A program made the translations under genes and the position numbers. From assembly GCA_008632985.1 (NCBI GenBank), contig QPGO01000042.1, positions 310,001 to 374,000 on the forward strand: DNA of 64,000 nucleotides, given 5' to 3'. Origin of the DNA: Psammoneis japonica. Its lineage: Eukaryota. The notes beneath the pieces were generated by a model. The model saw only the letters and a program-made list of their open reading frames with translations. It made no database searches and was not told the origin of the DNA. Numbering within the stretch: position 1 is the stretch's first letter; every line of letters starts with the position of its first letter. This document shows positions 27,041 to 40,905 of this stretch, one piece after another.

Positions 27041-28585
27041 ATGGCAGCAGCGGCAGCACCAGCAGCAGCACTTGCGGCGTCAGCCGCGGCAGCTGACGTT
27101 GACGCAGTTTTACAAGTTTGTGGTGTTGCTGACCAGAACGCAAGGGCGAGGTTGGTCTTCTGTGAAGGGTTCGCGACTTTGGAAAACATCGCAGTGATGG
27201 AGAGTGACCACGATGTGGAAGACATGGCGCAGAGGGCGTCTCGTCGCACGGCGGCCCACGGACGTGTGACTCTTGGGACTGTTCAGATCAAGAACTTGCA
27301 GGCGCTAGTGTGGTGGTGCCAGGATTTGCTCAAACAGAATCAGCCATTGGTTGCGGCAGACTTTAATGTGGCAGCCATGGCTGCAGCCTGGAATGGCAGG
27401 CACATCAAAAAGGAGCGCACGGATTCGGACGCGTCGGCAAGCGGTCTCGTAAAGTTTGAGCCCGATGACTTCGATGTGTGCGAAGATGCTTTCCTGAATC
27501 TCTTGGCACAGAAATTTGGCATGTTGAAAGAACCCCTTCGCCATGTCGTAAGGACAATGCCAGCTCCGGCTGCATTCACGGATGCTCAACAACAGTGCAC
27601 GCACCAGATGCCATTGAATGGCGCCGCATGTGACGAGGACAACCGCAGCGTTTGCCGCATGTTGAAGGAACACTTGGTCGACATGGCAGGATGGGCATGG
27701 ATCGAACCGTTTGACGTGACAGAAGACGGACGTGGAGCATTCAACGCATGGGTTGACCATTGCAATGGACAGGGCGAGTTGAGCAAGCGCATCCATCTGG
27801 CTGCGGCAACTGTTGAAACCTTGTTTTACAAAAAGGAAGGATCGCTCCCGTTCGAAAAGTTCAATGAGAAACTTGCAAGTGCTTTCGCCACTTTGAACAA
27901 ATCACCGGACGACCACAAATCTGAACGACAGAAAGTTGACATTCTTCCAAAAGGGATCCGAACGGATGACACTCGTCTTGTTGCAGCAACGGCTGTCATC
28001 AGCAGTCAGCACCCTCGTGACTTCGCGGGGGCATGTGCTTGTTTCTCATCCGAAGTCTCTCGTTTGCACGCAGGTGCTCAGTTGGAAGCCCGGCGTTGCT
28101 CGAAGCGCAAGATTTCTGAAATGAGCCGTGGTGGCGGCGGTGGCCGCGGTTTTTATCGAGGTCGCGGTCGCGGAGGAAGATTTGGACGTGGGGGTGGACG
28201 CGGACGTGGTGGTGGCCGTCAAGGCAGAGGTGGTGACCACACTACGATGATCAATGGAGTTGATGTGTCCGACCCTGCAAGGAGCTTCAGCGCTCAAGAA
28301 TGGGAAAAGTTGCAGCATGATGGGGGCATGAGCTGCGTGTTCCAAGCTCGCAAACGAATGGGTCATGGACGCGGTGGTGGCCGTGGGTCTCCCGCAGGTC
28401 GACAAGGATGCGATGGGGGCAGCAGGCATGCAGCTGAAGCCCAAGTCTGTCAAGATGGCCAAGGCCAAACCCAACAACAGGATCAGGAGCAAAGGAGTGG
28501 TGGGCGTGGTCGCGGCGCTGACCGGGATCGCGGTGGACGCAATGGACGTGCCTTCGGTCGGGGAGCCTACAATGGTTCCACCTGA
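27041..28585 (+). pseudogene. gag of Copia element 3 (RGG-rich C-terminus)
   Basis: 514-aa ORF with DGRGAF..DHCNGQGE gag motif and GRG repeats; Tyr mostly replaced by Cys/His. Confidence 0.85.
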
Positions 28586-28594
28586 CTCCTTGGG

Positions 28595-31500
28595 GTGGCA
28601 ACAGCCACTGGAGCATTGGCGCATTTGGCGCATTTGTCGTTTTTGCTTGTGTCACTCTTCTTGCTGTTGACCAAACCCCACCCAATGTCTTGTTTCAAAG
28701 GAAAGGCGACAAAGAGGCACATTGCCGTGACATCAAAACGTGTGATCCGATCGACGAGTTCTGCACAGATGACAAATTTGACGACACCTGGGTTCATCGC
28801 TCGAAATGAATGTGATGCTCACGCGGACACTTGTTGCGCTGGGGCGAACTGGAAGCTCATGGAGATGACAAATGAAGTGTGCGAGGTGCATCCATTTCTG
28901 GACTCTTGTGAGCCGATCAAACAGATTCCTGTGGCACGTTGTTGCACCGCATGGACAGATCCAGAAACGACTCATGAATGTTCACTGGTTGGTGATCAAA
29001 TGCTCTGGTTTGGGACCGACATGGAACACTCACTTTTGAATCCCAACCAACTCCGTGCGTGCAACATGCCCGCACACGACAACCCTTGCGACACCCGAAA
29101 CGGATTTGGCATTGAAGCTGACGAAGCTTTCATCCCTTTCAATGCCACGGGGACAATTGTGTCTTTCAAGTCTCGTGTTCCGACGGATTGGGAAGTGCAG
29201 AACTTGCCGGTTGTGCTGTTGACAGGTGACGTGTGGGATCCAGCACAGGTGGACATGGGCTTGCCGGAGCGCACCAGAGAGCAGGCGGAGATGCGCACTG
29301 TTCGATCATCAACCTCTGGCATGCGACAAGAACAGGTCTCGGAATTAAGGAGCGAGAAGGCAAAGTCCCAAGCAGCACGCTGGGGCGAGGTCGAAATGCA
29401 ACTGTCGTCCATGTCTCCCATCTGTCAACTTCAATCGTTTTGCGACAGGCTCATCAGCTAAGTGAACGTGGCTTGCACATGTCGCGACAACATGGACAAG
29501 AGGCAGAGGGCAGTCAAAGATTTGTGCAGCAAGGATTGGCACTCGAAGGTTGACGCTGAAGAGCTGGCCCGAAAATGGAGTGTCGGTTTAGAAACGGCAA
29601 AAGATGCTCTCAATGTAACAACTCAGTGCGGTGTACGAACGGCGACCCAGCCGATGTCACAAAGAGTGAGGGTTGATCATCTTGACTTGCATCGGAAGCG
29701 TCTGAAAGGAACATGGTTTGTGGACACTTTGACATCCAAGGTGAAGTCTTTGCTCGGTGACACGTGTGCCAATGTTTGTGCTCAGGGCAAATTCGTGAAG
29801 GTTGTGCCGATGACCGCTGGGTCGGAGGCAGGTTTGTCTCTTGTTGAATTCACAGACGACGTGGGTGCACCAGAATGTCTTGTGTTGGACGGGGCAGGAG
29901 AGTTCACAGGAAGGAGCACCGAATTTGCGAGACAAGCACGACGCATGAGAACACAATTGGGAACATCAGAGCAGGGTCGGAAGAACCAGAACCAGGCAGC
30001 AGAGCGCGAAATTGGTTTCTTGGCCAAACGTTGGCGGCTGCGGATGACGAAGAAGAAGGTGCCAAAGCCATTGTGGGATTTTGGTCTTGTTTGCGAGTCG
30101 GAATTAGTGTTGCGCATGGCAAGAGGCAGGGACAAGAGGACTGGACATGAAGAGGTCACTGGGCAGACACCAGAGACAGGCGAGCATTTGGATTTTGGTT
30201 TCCACGACATGGCATGGTGGTGGGACAGGCCCAACAAGCCGAGTGCAACTGACGATCCTCGAAGGCTTGGACGGTGGCTTGGCATCTCACACAAAGTTGG
30301 CTCGGACATGTGCCATTGGATCATTGCGGAAAGCGGGAAGATTGTCTCCAAAACATCGGTCGAGCACGTGACACAGGCTGACATGGCACAACCGGATGTT
30401 CGCGTTGAGGTCGACAACTTTAATGAGCAGCTGGAGAAGCAATTGGATGACACTGACTTTGTCTTAAAAGGCGATGAAGCTGTGCCCGCATTCGTGTTGG
30501 ACGATCTTGCAATTGATGGCAACCTCGGTGTGGAACATGAGGGCGGCATCACGCCAGAGGACGAGGAACATGGCAACATGCCATTGCCCGACGAGCGACC
30601 AGATGACGACGACGAGCAGGCAATCGATCAACACCTGGGAATGGAACTCATGTTTGACATCGGAACTGACGGCGAGCGACGTGGTGTTGCAACGAAACGT
30701 GCAAGAGGACAGGATGGGCGTCCAATTGGGACTCGGCATCAAAACCCATTGTTTGACACTTGCGAACACGAAGTGGAACATGCCGACGGAACCACAGACA
30801 AGCACACAGCCAATGTCATTGCCGAGAACATGTTTGCTCAGGTCAACAGCGAGGGCAACCAGCGCTCCATCTTACACGAGATGCAGGACCACGAGAGGAG
30901 TGACAATGCGGTGTCGATTGCTGACGGCACCGTGCGAACCACTGGCGGGAAGGAGAAGAAGAAGATCACAACAAAAGGATGGAAGTCATTGGTCGGATGG
31001 AAGGATGGCAGCTCATCTTGAGTCAAACTCAAAGATCTAAAGGACTCTGACCCCATTGAAGTTGCTGAGCATGCTGTTGCGAACAGGTTGACGGAGGAAC
31101 CTGCTTTTGCTTGGTGGGTCACACATGTCCTGCGCAAACGGAGTCGCATTGTGTCCAAGGTCAAGAAGAAGTGCTGGCGCACGACTCACAAGTTTGGGAC
31201 CCGATTGCCCAAGTCCACGGAGGACGCTTTGCGGATTGATCAGGAAACGGGGACAGATTGTTGGGCTCGTGCAATCAACAAGGAGATGGCAAAGGTGAAG
31301 GTGGCATGGCGCGAGCACGAAGCTGAAACCCCTCAAGTCGTCCGGGAAGGCAAGAGTGCAACTTTGTGTGGTTGTCAGGAGATCAGGTGCCACATGGCAT
31401 TCGACATTGAAATGGATTTCACCAGAAAGGCAAGGTTTGTAGCTGGCGGACACACGACAGAGGCCCTGGCATCGATCACTTGCTCCAGCGTGGTTTCCAG

Positions 31501-32920
31501 AGACAGTGTGCGACTTGGATTCTTGTCAGCAGCCTTGAATGGTGTCGACATTGCGGCGATTGATCTGGAGAATGCTCATCTCAATTCACCGTGCGCAGAA
31601 AAGACATGGTTTGAAGGCGGAAAGGAATGCGGCGAGCACGAAGGAAAGGTGCTTGTTGTTGCTCGGGTGTTGTGTGGCTTAAAGAGCTCGGGACACTCTT
31701 GGAGGTCTGCACTGTCATCGGTCTTACGTGACTTGGGCTTCGAATCGACGAGAGCGAACCCAGATGTCTGCTTGCGTGCGGCGACTCGTGAGGATGGGCG
31801 TGAGCATTGTGAAATGCTTTTGGTTTGTGTCGATGACACACTGATCATTTCCCATCAAGGGAAGTCTGTTGTTGCTGCAATGGGTGAACACTGTGCCATG
31901 AAGCCCGGCAGCGAAGGAGAACCAGAAGTTTGTCTTGGAGCTAACGTTGAGAAGGTTCAGACTCAGGATGGGCGCACAATCTGGGCGAGTTCACCAAGGT
32001 CACATGTCAAATCGGCAATTGAGACTGTGGAAGGCCTGTTGGATGAAGACGGCAATGGAGAGGTTCTGAAGAACAGTGCAAAGGATCCACTGCCCCCAAA
32101 GCACAAACTGGAACTGGACGTGACGGATGAGTCAGGCCCCGACTTGGTGGACAGGCATTTGCAGCTGACAGGGATTTGTCGTTGGGCGATCGAGTTGGGT
32201 CGCATCGACATCTTGCGTGAGGTTTCAATCCCATCTCAATGTCAAGCTAATCCGAGGAAAGGACATCTTGAGGCATTGCATCATGTGTTTGCGTGCATGA
32301 AGAAACACCAGAACGTCGGACGCATCGGATTTGATCCAAAGGAACCAGTGATTGTTGAATCTGTTTTCAATTCGAACGCAGACTGGACCGAGTTTTACGG
32401 GGACGTCGAGGAGGAACTGCCGCCACGGGCACCGAAGCCTCGTGGTAATCCGGCAAACATCTGTGCATTTGTTGACGCTAACCATGCAGGGAATGTTGTC
32501 ACTCGCAGGTCGCACAGCGGGATTCTGATGTTCGTCAATGACGCGCCAGTGGCATGGTTCAGCAAGCGGCAGAACACGGTGGAATCGGCAATGTTTGGAA
32601 GTGAATTGGTTGCGATGCGGATTTGTAAGGAATTGATTGTTGCTTTGCGTTGCAAGCTTTGTATGTTTGGGGTTCCCCTTGAAGGACTGGCAAGCATCTT
32701 TTGTGACAATCGCGGTGTTGCAAAGAATGCAAGTGTGCCCGAGTCGGTTTTGCACAAGAAGCACAATGCCATCAACTGCCATGTTGTGCGAGAAGCGGTC
32801 GCAGTGGGAATTGTTCGTGTTGGCAAGGAGGACACGGAAACGAACTTGGCCGATCTACTTGCGAAGGTGGTTGCAGGAGAGCAGCGATGGAAGCTTTGCT
32901 CGTGCATTTTTTGGCAATGT
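28595..32920 (+). pseudogene. pol of Copia element 3 (protease, integrase, RT, RNase H) with two in-frame stops
   Basis: DAHADTCCAG; LDGAGEF..QNQAAEREIG; FTRKARFVAGGH, LCGLKSSG, VCVDD (degenerate YVDD); FVDANHAG, FGSEL, TETNLADL. Stops at 29459 and 31019. Confidence 0.92.
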
Positions 32921-33263
32921 CCCGACACCAAGGCCAGGTGCCTGTGGCTCTCACCCACGCATTGTGGCCTCCCAAGCCAGTGTGTCTGGTGGTTTAATTT
33001 GGGTTCTTGTGGTTTGCCTCTCTGTGAGAGGATGTCACATGTTCAGACGAATCGGCATTGTCATTGCCATTTCGCGGGGACCGAGTAAATCTGGATGGAG
33101 GGCTGTGTTGCAATTGGTGATTGGTTGAGACACATGGATCGAGTGGTGCTGCAGCAACACGCTCACAATCTAATCAGGTTTAGGTTCGCATTGACAGTGT
33201 CACCACTTTCCATTTAGACTCAAGGCATCGTGCTTGTTCTTTCGTTGCATCGAGATTTGTTCG

Positions 33264-34400
33264 GGGTTGGCATCAGCTGCATCTGCTGCAGCGTCAGATG
33301 GTGCGAGTTCCGATGCAATGTCATGGGTGTTGGCGGACAAGTTGACGTTGCCGTCGCTGCCAAGATGGAGGTCGTGCAGGTTGACCATCGTCGAGTCATG
33401 GCAGTTGCCGGTGTGGGCACTGCGCGAGCCAAGAATGATGGCCTTGGTGGACTGGGGCAAGGTGTCCCAAATGCGCTGATGGTCCGGCGGAATGCGACGC
33501 CATTGTTCCCTGGTGAGGGAGTTGCCGTGGGTCTGTGCGGCATGAGCTTGGATGACGTCAACATCACTGTCGATGTCGAAGAATGCATCTTCGTCAGGGT
33601 CGTCAGGAACCAGGTCATGTTCGTAGATGGCACGGCGTGGAGTGCGAGGAGCGGTCTTGGGGGTGAACATGCTGTCGCACTGTGCTGCAGCAGAAAGCAG
33701 AAGTCCACAGTGCTCTTCACAAGAGAGACCCTTTCCATTCTGCACGCAGAACTGATCAGCTTGATTCTTTGCCAAACGGAGTTCTTTGACAGGATGAACG
33801 GCGTTCTCAAGCATGGCACGTTTCTGGCCAGCAGAGAAATGGTCCGCACCCAGGATGAGAGCTTCGCACTTGCAGAGCTGGTCCTGCCAGTGAAGTGTGA
33901 AGGCATGGGTGGATCCCTTCCAGGTGCCATCACCGAGGCGAGCAGTGGCGAGGTGCGTGAGAAGGGTCGAGGACTCCAGGGATGCGCGAGCAGAAGTGAG
34001 GGCGCACTTGGAAAGGTCGCGATGCACCACTTGAGCATCAGAGGAGTCGACATGTTGACGAACAAGCACCTTGCCTTTGTCATTCTGCAAGATCCATTCG
34101 AAGACGGCAAACATGTGTTTCTGTTGTTCATCAAACAGGGCCTTGTCCTCAGCTGTGGAGGGCTTGTGCTTCAGATCAAGAACGAGTTCAAAATGTGCCA
34201 CGTGTGCCGCTGTTGTCCTCGTGGACCTTGCAGGACTGTAGAAGACCAGCAATCTGGTGCAGATGCGCGGCGGCAGACTTGGTGTGCGTGGAGCAGAGCC
34301 AGAGTCAGGGATTCATGTCATGTGCACGTGGACGTGTGCAGATGCATTGGTGGGATCCGCTGCAAGGAATCAGGAATCTCAGATGTCTGAGAATCAGGGA
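33264..34400 (-). pseudogene. gag of Copia element 2 (5' part, split off by element 3)
   Basis: 350-aa ORF LFDEQQKHMFAVFE..GTWKGSTHAFTLHWQDQ..MLENAVHPV; joins 26398 across the TSD. Confidence 0.85.
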
Positions 34401-35986
34401 ATTCCTGGCCAAACAAATGTCTGTTGAACAAACACATCCAACGATGGGAGGTGTCGGACAGATCCAAACATGTGGATTTAATCCAGTGTCCAGCAGTGAA
34501 GAAGGCAGACATGTGCTTCCACCACCAACGGTGCGCGTCGTCGAAAAATTTCTTGATGACGATGATGAACACTCAACGGACAATGAAGAGCAAGGCTGTC
34601 AATCTGTCAGAAAATGAAGATGACTGGGTGGAAGAAAACAACAACTCCTTGCTGCCATCTAAACAGCAGATGAGTCTCCGTGCAGAGGCCATTGCAGGAG
34701 CCGAAAGACTGGTGTCATGATGTCGGCACTGCTGTTGTCATTCTTGTGAGCCATGTGGCTCAAAAGCAAACTACATCGCGCAACGTGCACGGAACTGAGA
34801 GCACACATGATCATGTGTGACAAACTAAAATCTTGTTCAAATCCTGTCAGTTGATCCAATTCAACAAGGACATCACATCAGTGGTCATTTTGTCCACTCT
34901 TGTCTTCATGTCCAAGTTGTCAAGTTTTTCACTTGGTGCAATGCATTGGTGCTCTTCCTTGTTTCCTGAATCAATGCATCTCCTCTTGCTGCCACAATGG
35001 CCACCCATTGCATCATTGGCAAGATGGCCCTCATTGTTGCTCACAATTTCATCATGATCGGTGCATTGTGCAGAGATGAAGTTGCCCCCGCTTGGGTTCA
35101 TCATGCGTGGGGTGACTCCAATGTCGCCAGTTGCTGAGCCAAACAAATTGATGGCACAACAGAAATGTGTCAGAGTGGCCAACTCTGGTGCACTCCTGAA
35201 GTCATCCGAATGCTTGGTGACCATGTGGAAAAAACGGTTGAGTCCGGTTTGACAGCTTGCCACAACAGCCAGATGTGTGCACCCACGAACATCCAAGACA
35301 TGACAAATGTTGAACGTTGGGGTTGTTGCAAGGGACAGCCAAAGATTTGGCACAACCAACGCAGGAAACACCAATGCATCCTGCATCAGGTTGCCCTTGG
35401 ATCTCAATGACACAGGCTCCCATGGACAACCATCATCTGGGAAATTTTTTCTGGATGATGACAAGACAAATCACCCTTGCACAAATGAGTGGGGCCCAAG
35501 TGCTCCCTGATGAATCAGCTGCAGCCAAGAGAGAGGCCTGCAATGTCATTGATGGCAAGGCATTGCTCAAAAAAGTGGCACAATCCCTTCTCAGGATTGT
35601 GCCACAAATGAGGCAGCACCAGGAAGTCGGGGCCAGGAGTCCGGTCAACCTTGGAAAGGAAGAGCTTCCTCCTGTGTTGCGTTTCTGTTGTCCTCCAGAA
35701 ACAACTTTTGGCAATGTGGTGTTCCCCATTGCCACTTGTGAAGACAATTGCATCTTCGTCAGTCTTCAATGCTGCCAAAATTGAACAAAAACGGATCAGA
35801 AAACGGCGCACAGCAGATGAGGAATGAGTGGAAAAAAGGACATGATGCACCACATTTCTTGGCACGAGCAGATTTTCCAGAGGAAACACAGGTGCTTTTG
35901 GCATCATCATTGCTTTCGTCAGTGTCATCGCAGTGGCCACTGTCGTCAAAAAGATCGTCGGAAAACTCGTTGTCCCCGCGAAGGGC

Positions 35987-36383
35987 GACGGGTTCCAGTC
36001 CTGGGTGGGACTCCATGTGACATTGGGCCTGCAGAATTCTGCGTGCAAGCTCCACAGTAAATTTGCACTGCAATGAAAACACAAACAATTGCCAACAGAA
36101 AAAGAGGCAATTTTGTGAACGCATCTCCTCCTGCATGCTTGAAGCACTTCATCAACAGTTTGTCCGGGTGTGTTCTTCAGACATTAAAGAACATGCCCAG
36201 CGCATTTTCATTCTCACAAATGTTGAAAATAGAAAGCCTTTGGCTTCGCAAAACAGGGAGCATGAAACAATTTTGGAGAACACAACACACAGAAATGTGC
36301 ACGCGCGACATGCAGCACGATCCAAAAAACCACTGATGTCACAGTGCAGCAGCGCGAGGTCCCACCTGGAGCTTGAGCACGTC
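35987..36383. mobile_element. Second copy of the MITE (397 bp)
   Basis: Homologous to 17205-17600; TIRs gacgggttccagtcctgggtgggac / gtcccacctggagcttgagcacgtc; flanks GGGC/CGGC (3 of 4 match). Confidence 0.8.
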
Positions 36384-38360
36384 CGGCATCACCTCCGGAG
36401 AGGATTGCATGCCATCCGTCTCTGCAGAACAAATGGAGTCTTCTTCATCAGCCAAAGAATTGTCAGATCCGGATTTTGCACCTGTGGGGAATGTGTCCGG
36501 TGATCTTTCTTGGCAAACGTCAATGTCTGCAAGAGCAAGAGACCAGCCAATGAAGCACCCAAGGTGGACAGAGAGCTTGTCCTGTCCTGTCAATGGCATG
36601 CCAACAGCTTGGTTTGGTTTCACCCGTTTGGGGATTCCCAAAAATGGCAATGGCAAGGGGGAGCTGCCTTGCCCTTTTGGGGAATTCCCGGGAAATGAGG
36701 GCAATTTAGTGGGAAGGAATGACCAAAAGGGCTCGGGGAGGGGAACAAAAAACAAGTGCATTGTGGCAATTCCTGTTTGATTTGGGTTGGGCCGGTGTGC
36801 CTTTTTCTTGTTTTCATCCAGCCGGGCAACAAGTTCACAGGGCAGAAATTCTGCAGAGACGGCGCAGGCAGGACAAATCTGATTGCAGCGCAATTGGCTG
36901 GCTGAAAACAAGGTGAGTGTTTGTGGTGTGATCGCTGTTTTTACTGTGCAGGCACATGATGTGACAACATGCAACATGAAAGCATTGCGTGCAACAATTT
37001 CAACGGAAAATTTTGGCGACATCACTCAACGGTGACAAAGAGTGTGGAAATTTGATGGAGTTGCTGAGAGCAGAACATGCATGTGCCGGTCCAGCGAAAT
37101 TTTGTCTTGTTTCAGGTGGGAATGTGAAAGACAACAATTTTGAGTTGTGGGGCAATGATCGTGTCAAAAATGAGTGAGCAAGGGTGGAAATGAATGACAA
37201 ATGTGGAGTGCCAATGAGCAAACCTGCACTTCAGTCAGAGAGGTGTGCTCCCAACAAATGAAGGAGCGTGCTGAGAATTGCAAGGCGGGCAACAATGCCC
37301 TGTGACTTGTGCACCCTTTTTTGCCTCTCTGATGTTCCGTCCAGAACAGAGGCAGCACGCAGCCCATGTTCCTCCTCCTCCTGTCCAAGTGCCTGGGCCG
37401 TTGGGCATTGTCACACACGGCATCTGCACAAATGGTCAGGAGCCATCTCGCAAGGCCACATTGGCTTGCTTCTCTTGCTTGCAACACAGCTTGCAACCCA
37501 CCTGGCATCTCTGCAGCTGTGTGCAATGAAAATGTTTCTCTTGACTGATGATGACAAAGTTGCCCATGACAACGCAATTGAGCACATTCATGGTGCTGGA
37601 GTTGGTGGAGAGCATTTCAAACTGACTCTTTGGAGCAAATGCATGTGGATCTTCAAAAGTTTCATGGACAGTCCAGTTGTCAAAGAAGGCCGCAAGAATG
37701 GCTTTTGTCCATTGTTCCTTTGCAAGCAGGTCATCAACTGGCAATCCAGGGGCAAGTTTTGTGCCACTCTTTCCACCACAGACAAATGTGGCAATTCCAG
37801 TTTCAGGCTCATTGGATTTTGGCATGACAACACATGTCCAGGTCAGAGTGCTTTTGCAGATTTGGGCTTCTTCTTCATTGAAGCAGATGGATCCTTTCCA
37901 ACAATTCTTCATGGCAGGTCTCACTCTGCCATGTGATTGCTGGTGTCTGTCATGCAACCCTTCTTGTTTGTTCCTGTGTCAATCTCCCATTGCAAAAATC
38001 AGAAAAATTCATTTTTGTTTCAACTGCATTGAATTTGCACATGTCGCTTGCCATCCAAAAGCCAAAAAAAAGCACATTCATTTCATCTGCAAGCACTGCA
38101 CATGCATCTTGTTTGCAACTCTGTTCAATGCATCAAACATTTGCCTTTCAAAATGGCTCCATTTGCGCAACAATCACTTTTGCAATTCCAAAATTTTGCC
38201 CAGTTGTGAACCTGTCACAACTCGTCATTCATTTCATTTCATTTCATTTCAAACCGTTGCCATGCACAGGAAACTCATCCTCAAACTCACACAACAACCA
38301 CTTTGAGGATTTCACAAACTTTCTCCATCACAAAAGCACCCGCACTGCACCAACTCACCC

Positions 38361-38953
38361 AAGCCCTTGGCCATTTTGTGCCCTTTGTGATTTTGCGGCT
38401 TTGGCCATTTTGCACCCTTTGTGATTTTGCACCCTTTGCTGCCATTTTGCGCCCATTGTGATTTTGCACCCTTGGCCATTTTGCACCCTTTGTGACTTTG
38501 CACCCTTTGCGCCATTTTGTGCCTTTTGTGATTTTGCACCCTTGGCCGTCTCAAGCTCTTGGTCATTTTGCGCCCTTTGTGGTTTTGCGCCCTTGGCCAT
38601 TTTGTGCCCTTTGTGATTTTGCACCCTTTGCCGCCATTTTGCACCCTTTGTGATTTTGCGCCCTTGGCCATCTTAAGCCCTTGGTCATTTTGTGCCCTTT
38701 GTGATTTTGCGCCTTTTGTGATTTTGTGCCCTTGGCCATTTTGCACCCTTTGTGATTTTGCGCCCTTTGCCGCCATTTTGCACCCTTTGAGATTTTGCGC
38801 TCTTGGCCATTTTGTGCCCTTGGTCATTTTGCACCCTTTGTGATTTTGCGCCCTTTGTGCTTTTGCACCCTTGGTCATTTTGTGCCCTTTGTGATTTTGC
38901 ACCCTTTGCCGCCATTTTGCACCCTTTGTGATTTTGTGCCCTCTGTGATTTTG
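38361..38953 (-). repeat. Second block of the 17/20-bp satellite
   Basis: ttttgcaccctttgtga and cccttggccattttg units. Confidence 0.95.
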
Positions 38954-38989
38954 CAAAATTGGTTCTGCCATTGCTGCAAACTTGGTGGC

Positions 38990-39790
38990 TGTTTTTTTTT
39001 CTTCAACATGTGTGGAGAGAGTGGCTCCACATTTGGACTCAGGACCTCAAGCATTTGGATGCAATGCTCTCCACAAAAGTCTCCTTGGCAGTGAGCTGAT
39101 TTGAGTGTGCATGCCATTGAGCTTGAGCAATCTGAGTGGCTTCGGCTTTGCTCAAACAGAACAAAAGGCTGCTCTGAGCCAAAGCTCTGGGAGCAGCTTT
39201 CACTTCTTTTGAGTTGATGCCATTGGCTGCAGTGTCAACAATGTTGCCGAAAGACATCTGCTGGGCCACTCTTTTGTCCTGCAAGCAGAGGAGAACGACT
39301 CGTGTGTTGGCAACATGCAAACAACACGTGTGACGTGCAGCAGCAGGAAACTCATTTTGCTCACCTGAGCAACTGGTTGATGCATCACAAAGCCCAGCTG
39401 GACTGCCACATCAGGGTGAAACCTCTTGATGTGAGCCATGCCTTTGTTGGCAGCCCAAGCATCCTTTCCTGGTGTCTTTGTGAACTTCTGGAACTGCTCT
39501 TGCTTGCAGTGGCCTTCGTCACAAGCACAAATGTGTGTGCACTCACTGGCTTTGGGATGATCAAGCCCCAAACAAGAGAACATTGCCAAAACTTTTGAAG
39601 CCTGTTTTCCCTTTGTTGGGCTGTTGCTGTGAGTGTTCCACAAAGGATTTGTGTCCCAAGGTGCGTTGTCGTCTTTGTTGTCCTTTGTCTTTTCTGCTTC
39701 ATTTTCCACTGCCGGCGCTTCCTCCACAACACCAGAATGATCAGCGGCATCATCTTGACTCATGCTGCAGAGTGGCTTCTTGCTCATTTG
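38990..39790 (-). pseudogene. Probable hAT-like transposase N-terminus (BED-like zinc finger)
   Basis: THICACDEGHC...AHIKRFHPD followed by AQWHAHSNQLTAKETF..MLEVLSP; frameshifted. Confidence 0.4.
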
Positions 39791-40780
39791 ATGACACCTG
39801 ACACCTTGTCACACAATGCAGTGAAGAGATGCCAAACGAGCGGCAGCTGTTGGCTTTTTTGTTTTTTGTTGTTGAAGTGAGTGGGAAAGAACTGAGACAA
39901 TGAGCGAGGTGAATGACAGCAACCTTGTGGTCTTTTGTTCACCGCGGTGAAACACAGGAACCTTGTGATCTTCAGCTCCCCAAGATCTTTGCCAACCCGT
40001 GTGTCAAATGTCCAGATTGTTGTGAACGGCTGCAACCGCGATTGTGACAACGGCGCTTGTGGTCACTGTGCTCCTGTCTGGCAAACGCCTTTCACAGCAA
40101 TTGACCCTCAGATCTGGTGGTCATTTGTGATCCACATTGCAATCACATTCTGCAGTTTAAGAACCATGATTTGCTTGCCTTTTTGCAGCTGCCGGCTTTG
40201 GCTCAGCGGGTGCCAAAAATCCGGCAAATGACAGGTTGATGCATCGTCTGCGCATGCAACGTGGCATCACGAAAGGGTGCAATGGTGTGTTTGCACAAAG
40301 CTCGACTCGCTGCCATTTTCTGATGGTCCCTTTGCAACCCCAAATGAAAGACAGTGCAATGAACCTGCTGTGTTTTGGACAGGTGTGACTTCATGTCCAT
40401 GTCAGGGATTCGAACATCCGTCACCATGTCTGTCCTTCTGCCCCAATTTTTGGCTTGTAAATCAACAAATTTGTGGCTCGCAGGCAACAGGTTTGCTCGC
40501 CATCAAAAAAAATTTCCCGCCAAACCAGTGCAATGCTGGCAGTGTGAGGCAACGGCCATGCTTCTACCCCATCAACTGCACACTGACAACATGCCAATGC
40601 GAAGTTCATGACAACTTTTGGGGTCGCAAGCAGAGAGTCGCGTTGGTTGTAGACACAAGAGCAGTCATCCTTCTTTGCGCGCCATTTGCATGACAGCTCA
40701 GCTTGGATGTTGTGCAATTAATTTTTCACCAAGAGGCAACGTCAAGCTTGCTTTTGCTTCATCTCCACCTGAAGAGGAAC

Positions 40781-40905
40781 ATTTTGCAACCTTTGTGATT
40801 TTGAGCCCTTGGCCATTTTGCGCCCTTTGTGATTTTGAACTCTTGGCCATTTTGCCCCATTTGTGATTTTGCGCACCCTTTGCCACCATTTTGCGCCCTT
40901 TGTGA
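40781..40905 (-). repeat. Short third satellite block
   Basis: About seven degenerate units directly after ttcatctccacctgaagaggaac. Confidence 0.85.

Larger units (their letters stand above)
26399..33263 (+). mobile_element. Full-length Copia (CoDi-like) element 3 nested in element 2
   Basis: ~182-bp LTRs at 26399-26580 and 33082-33263; TSD GGGT or GGGGT; PBS-like gctttgtcagagcc; PPT ttcgcgggga; gag-PR-IN-RT-RH all in one frame. Confidence 0.95.

Noticed and set aside
35987..36012. tRNA T-arm-like sequence (gggttccagtcctgggtgggac)
   Set aside because: No D or anticodon arms; explained as the MITE terminal inverted repeat.
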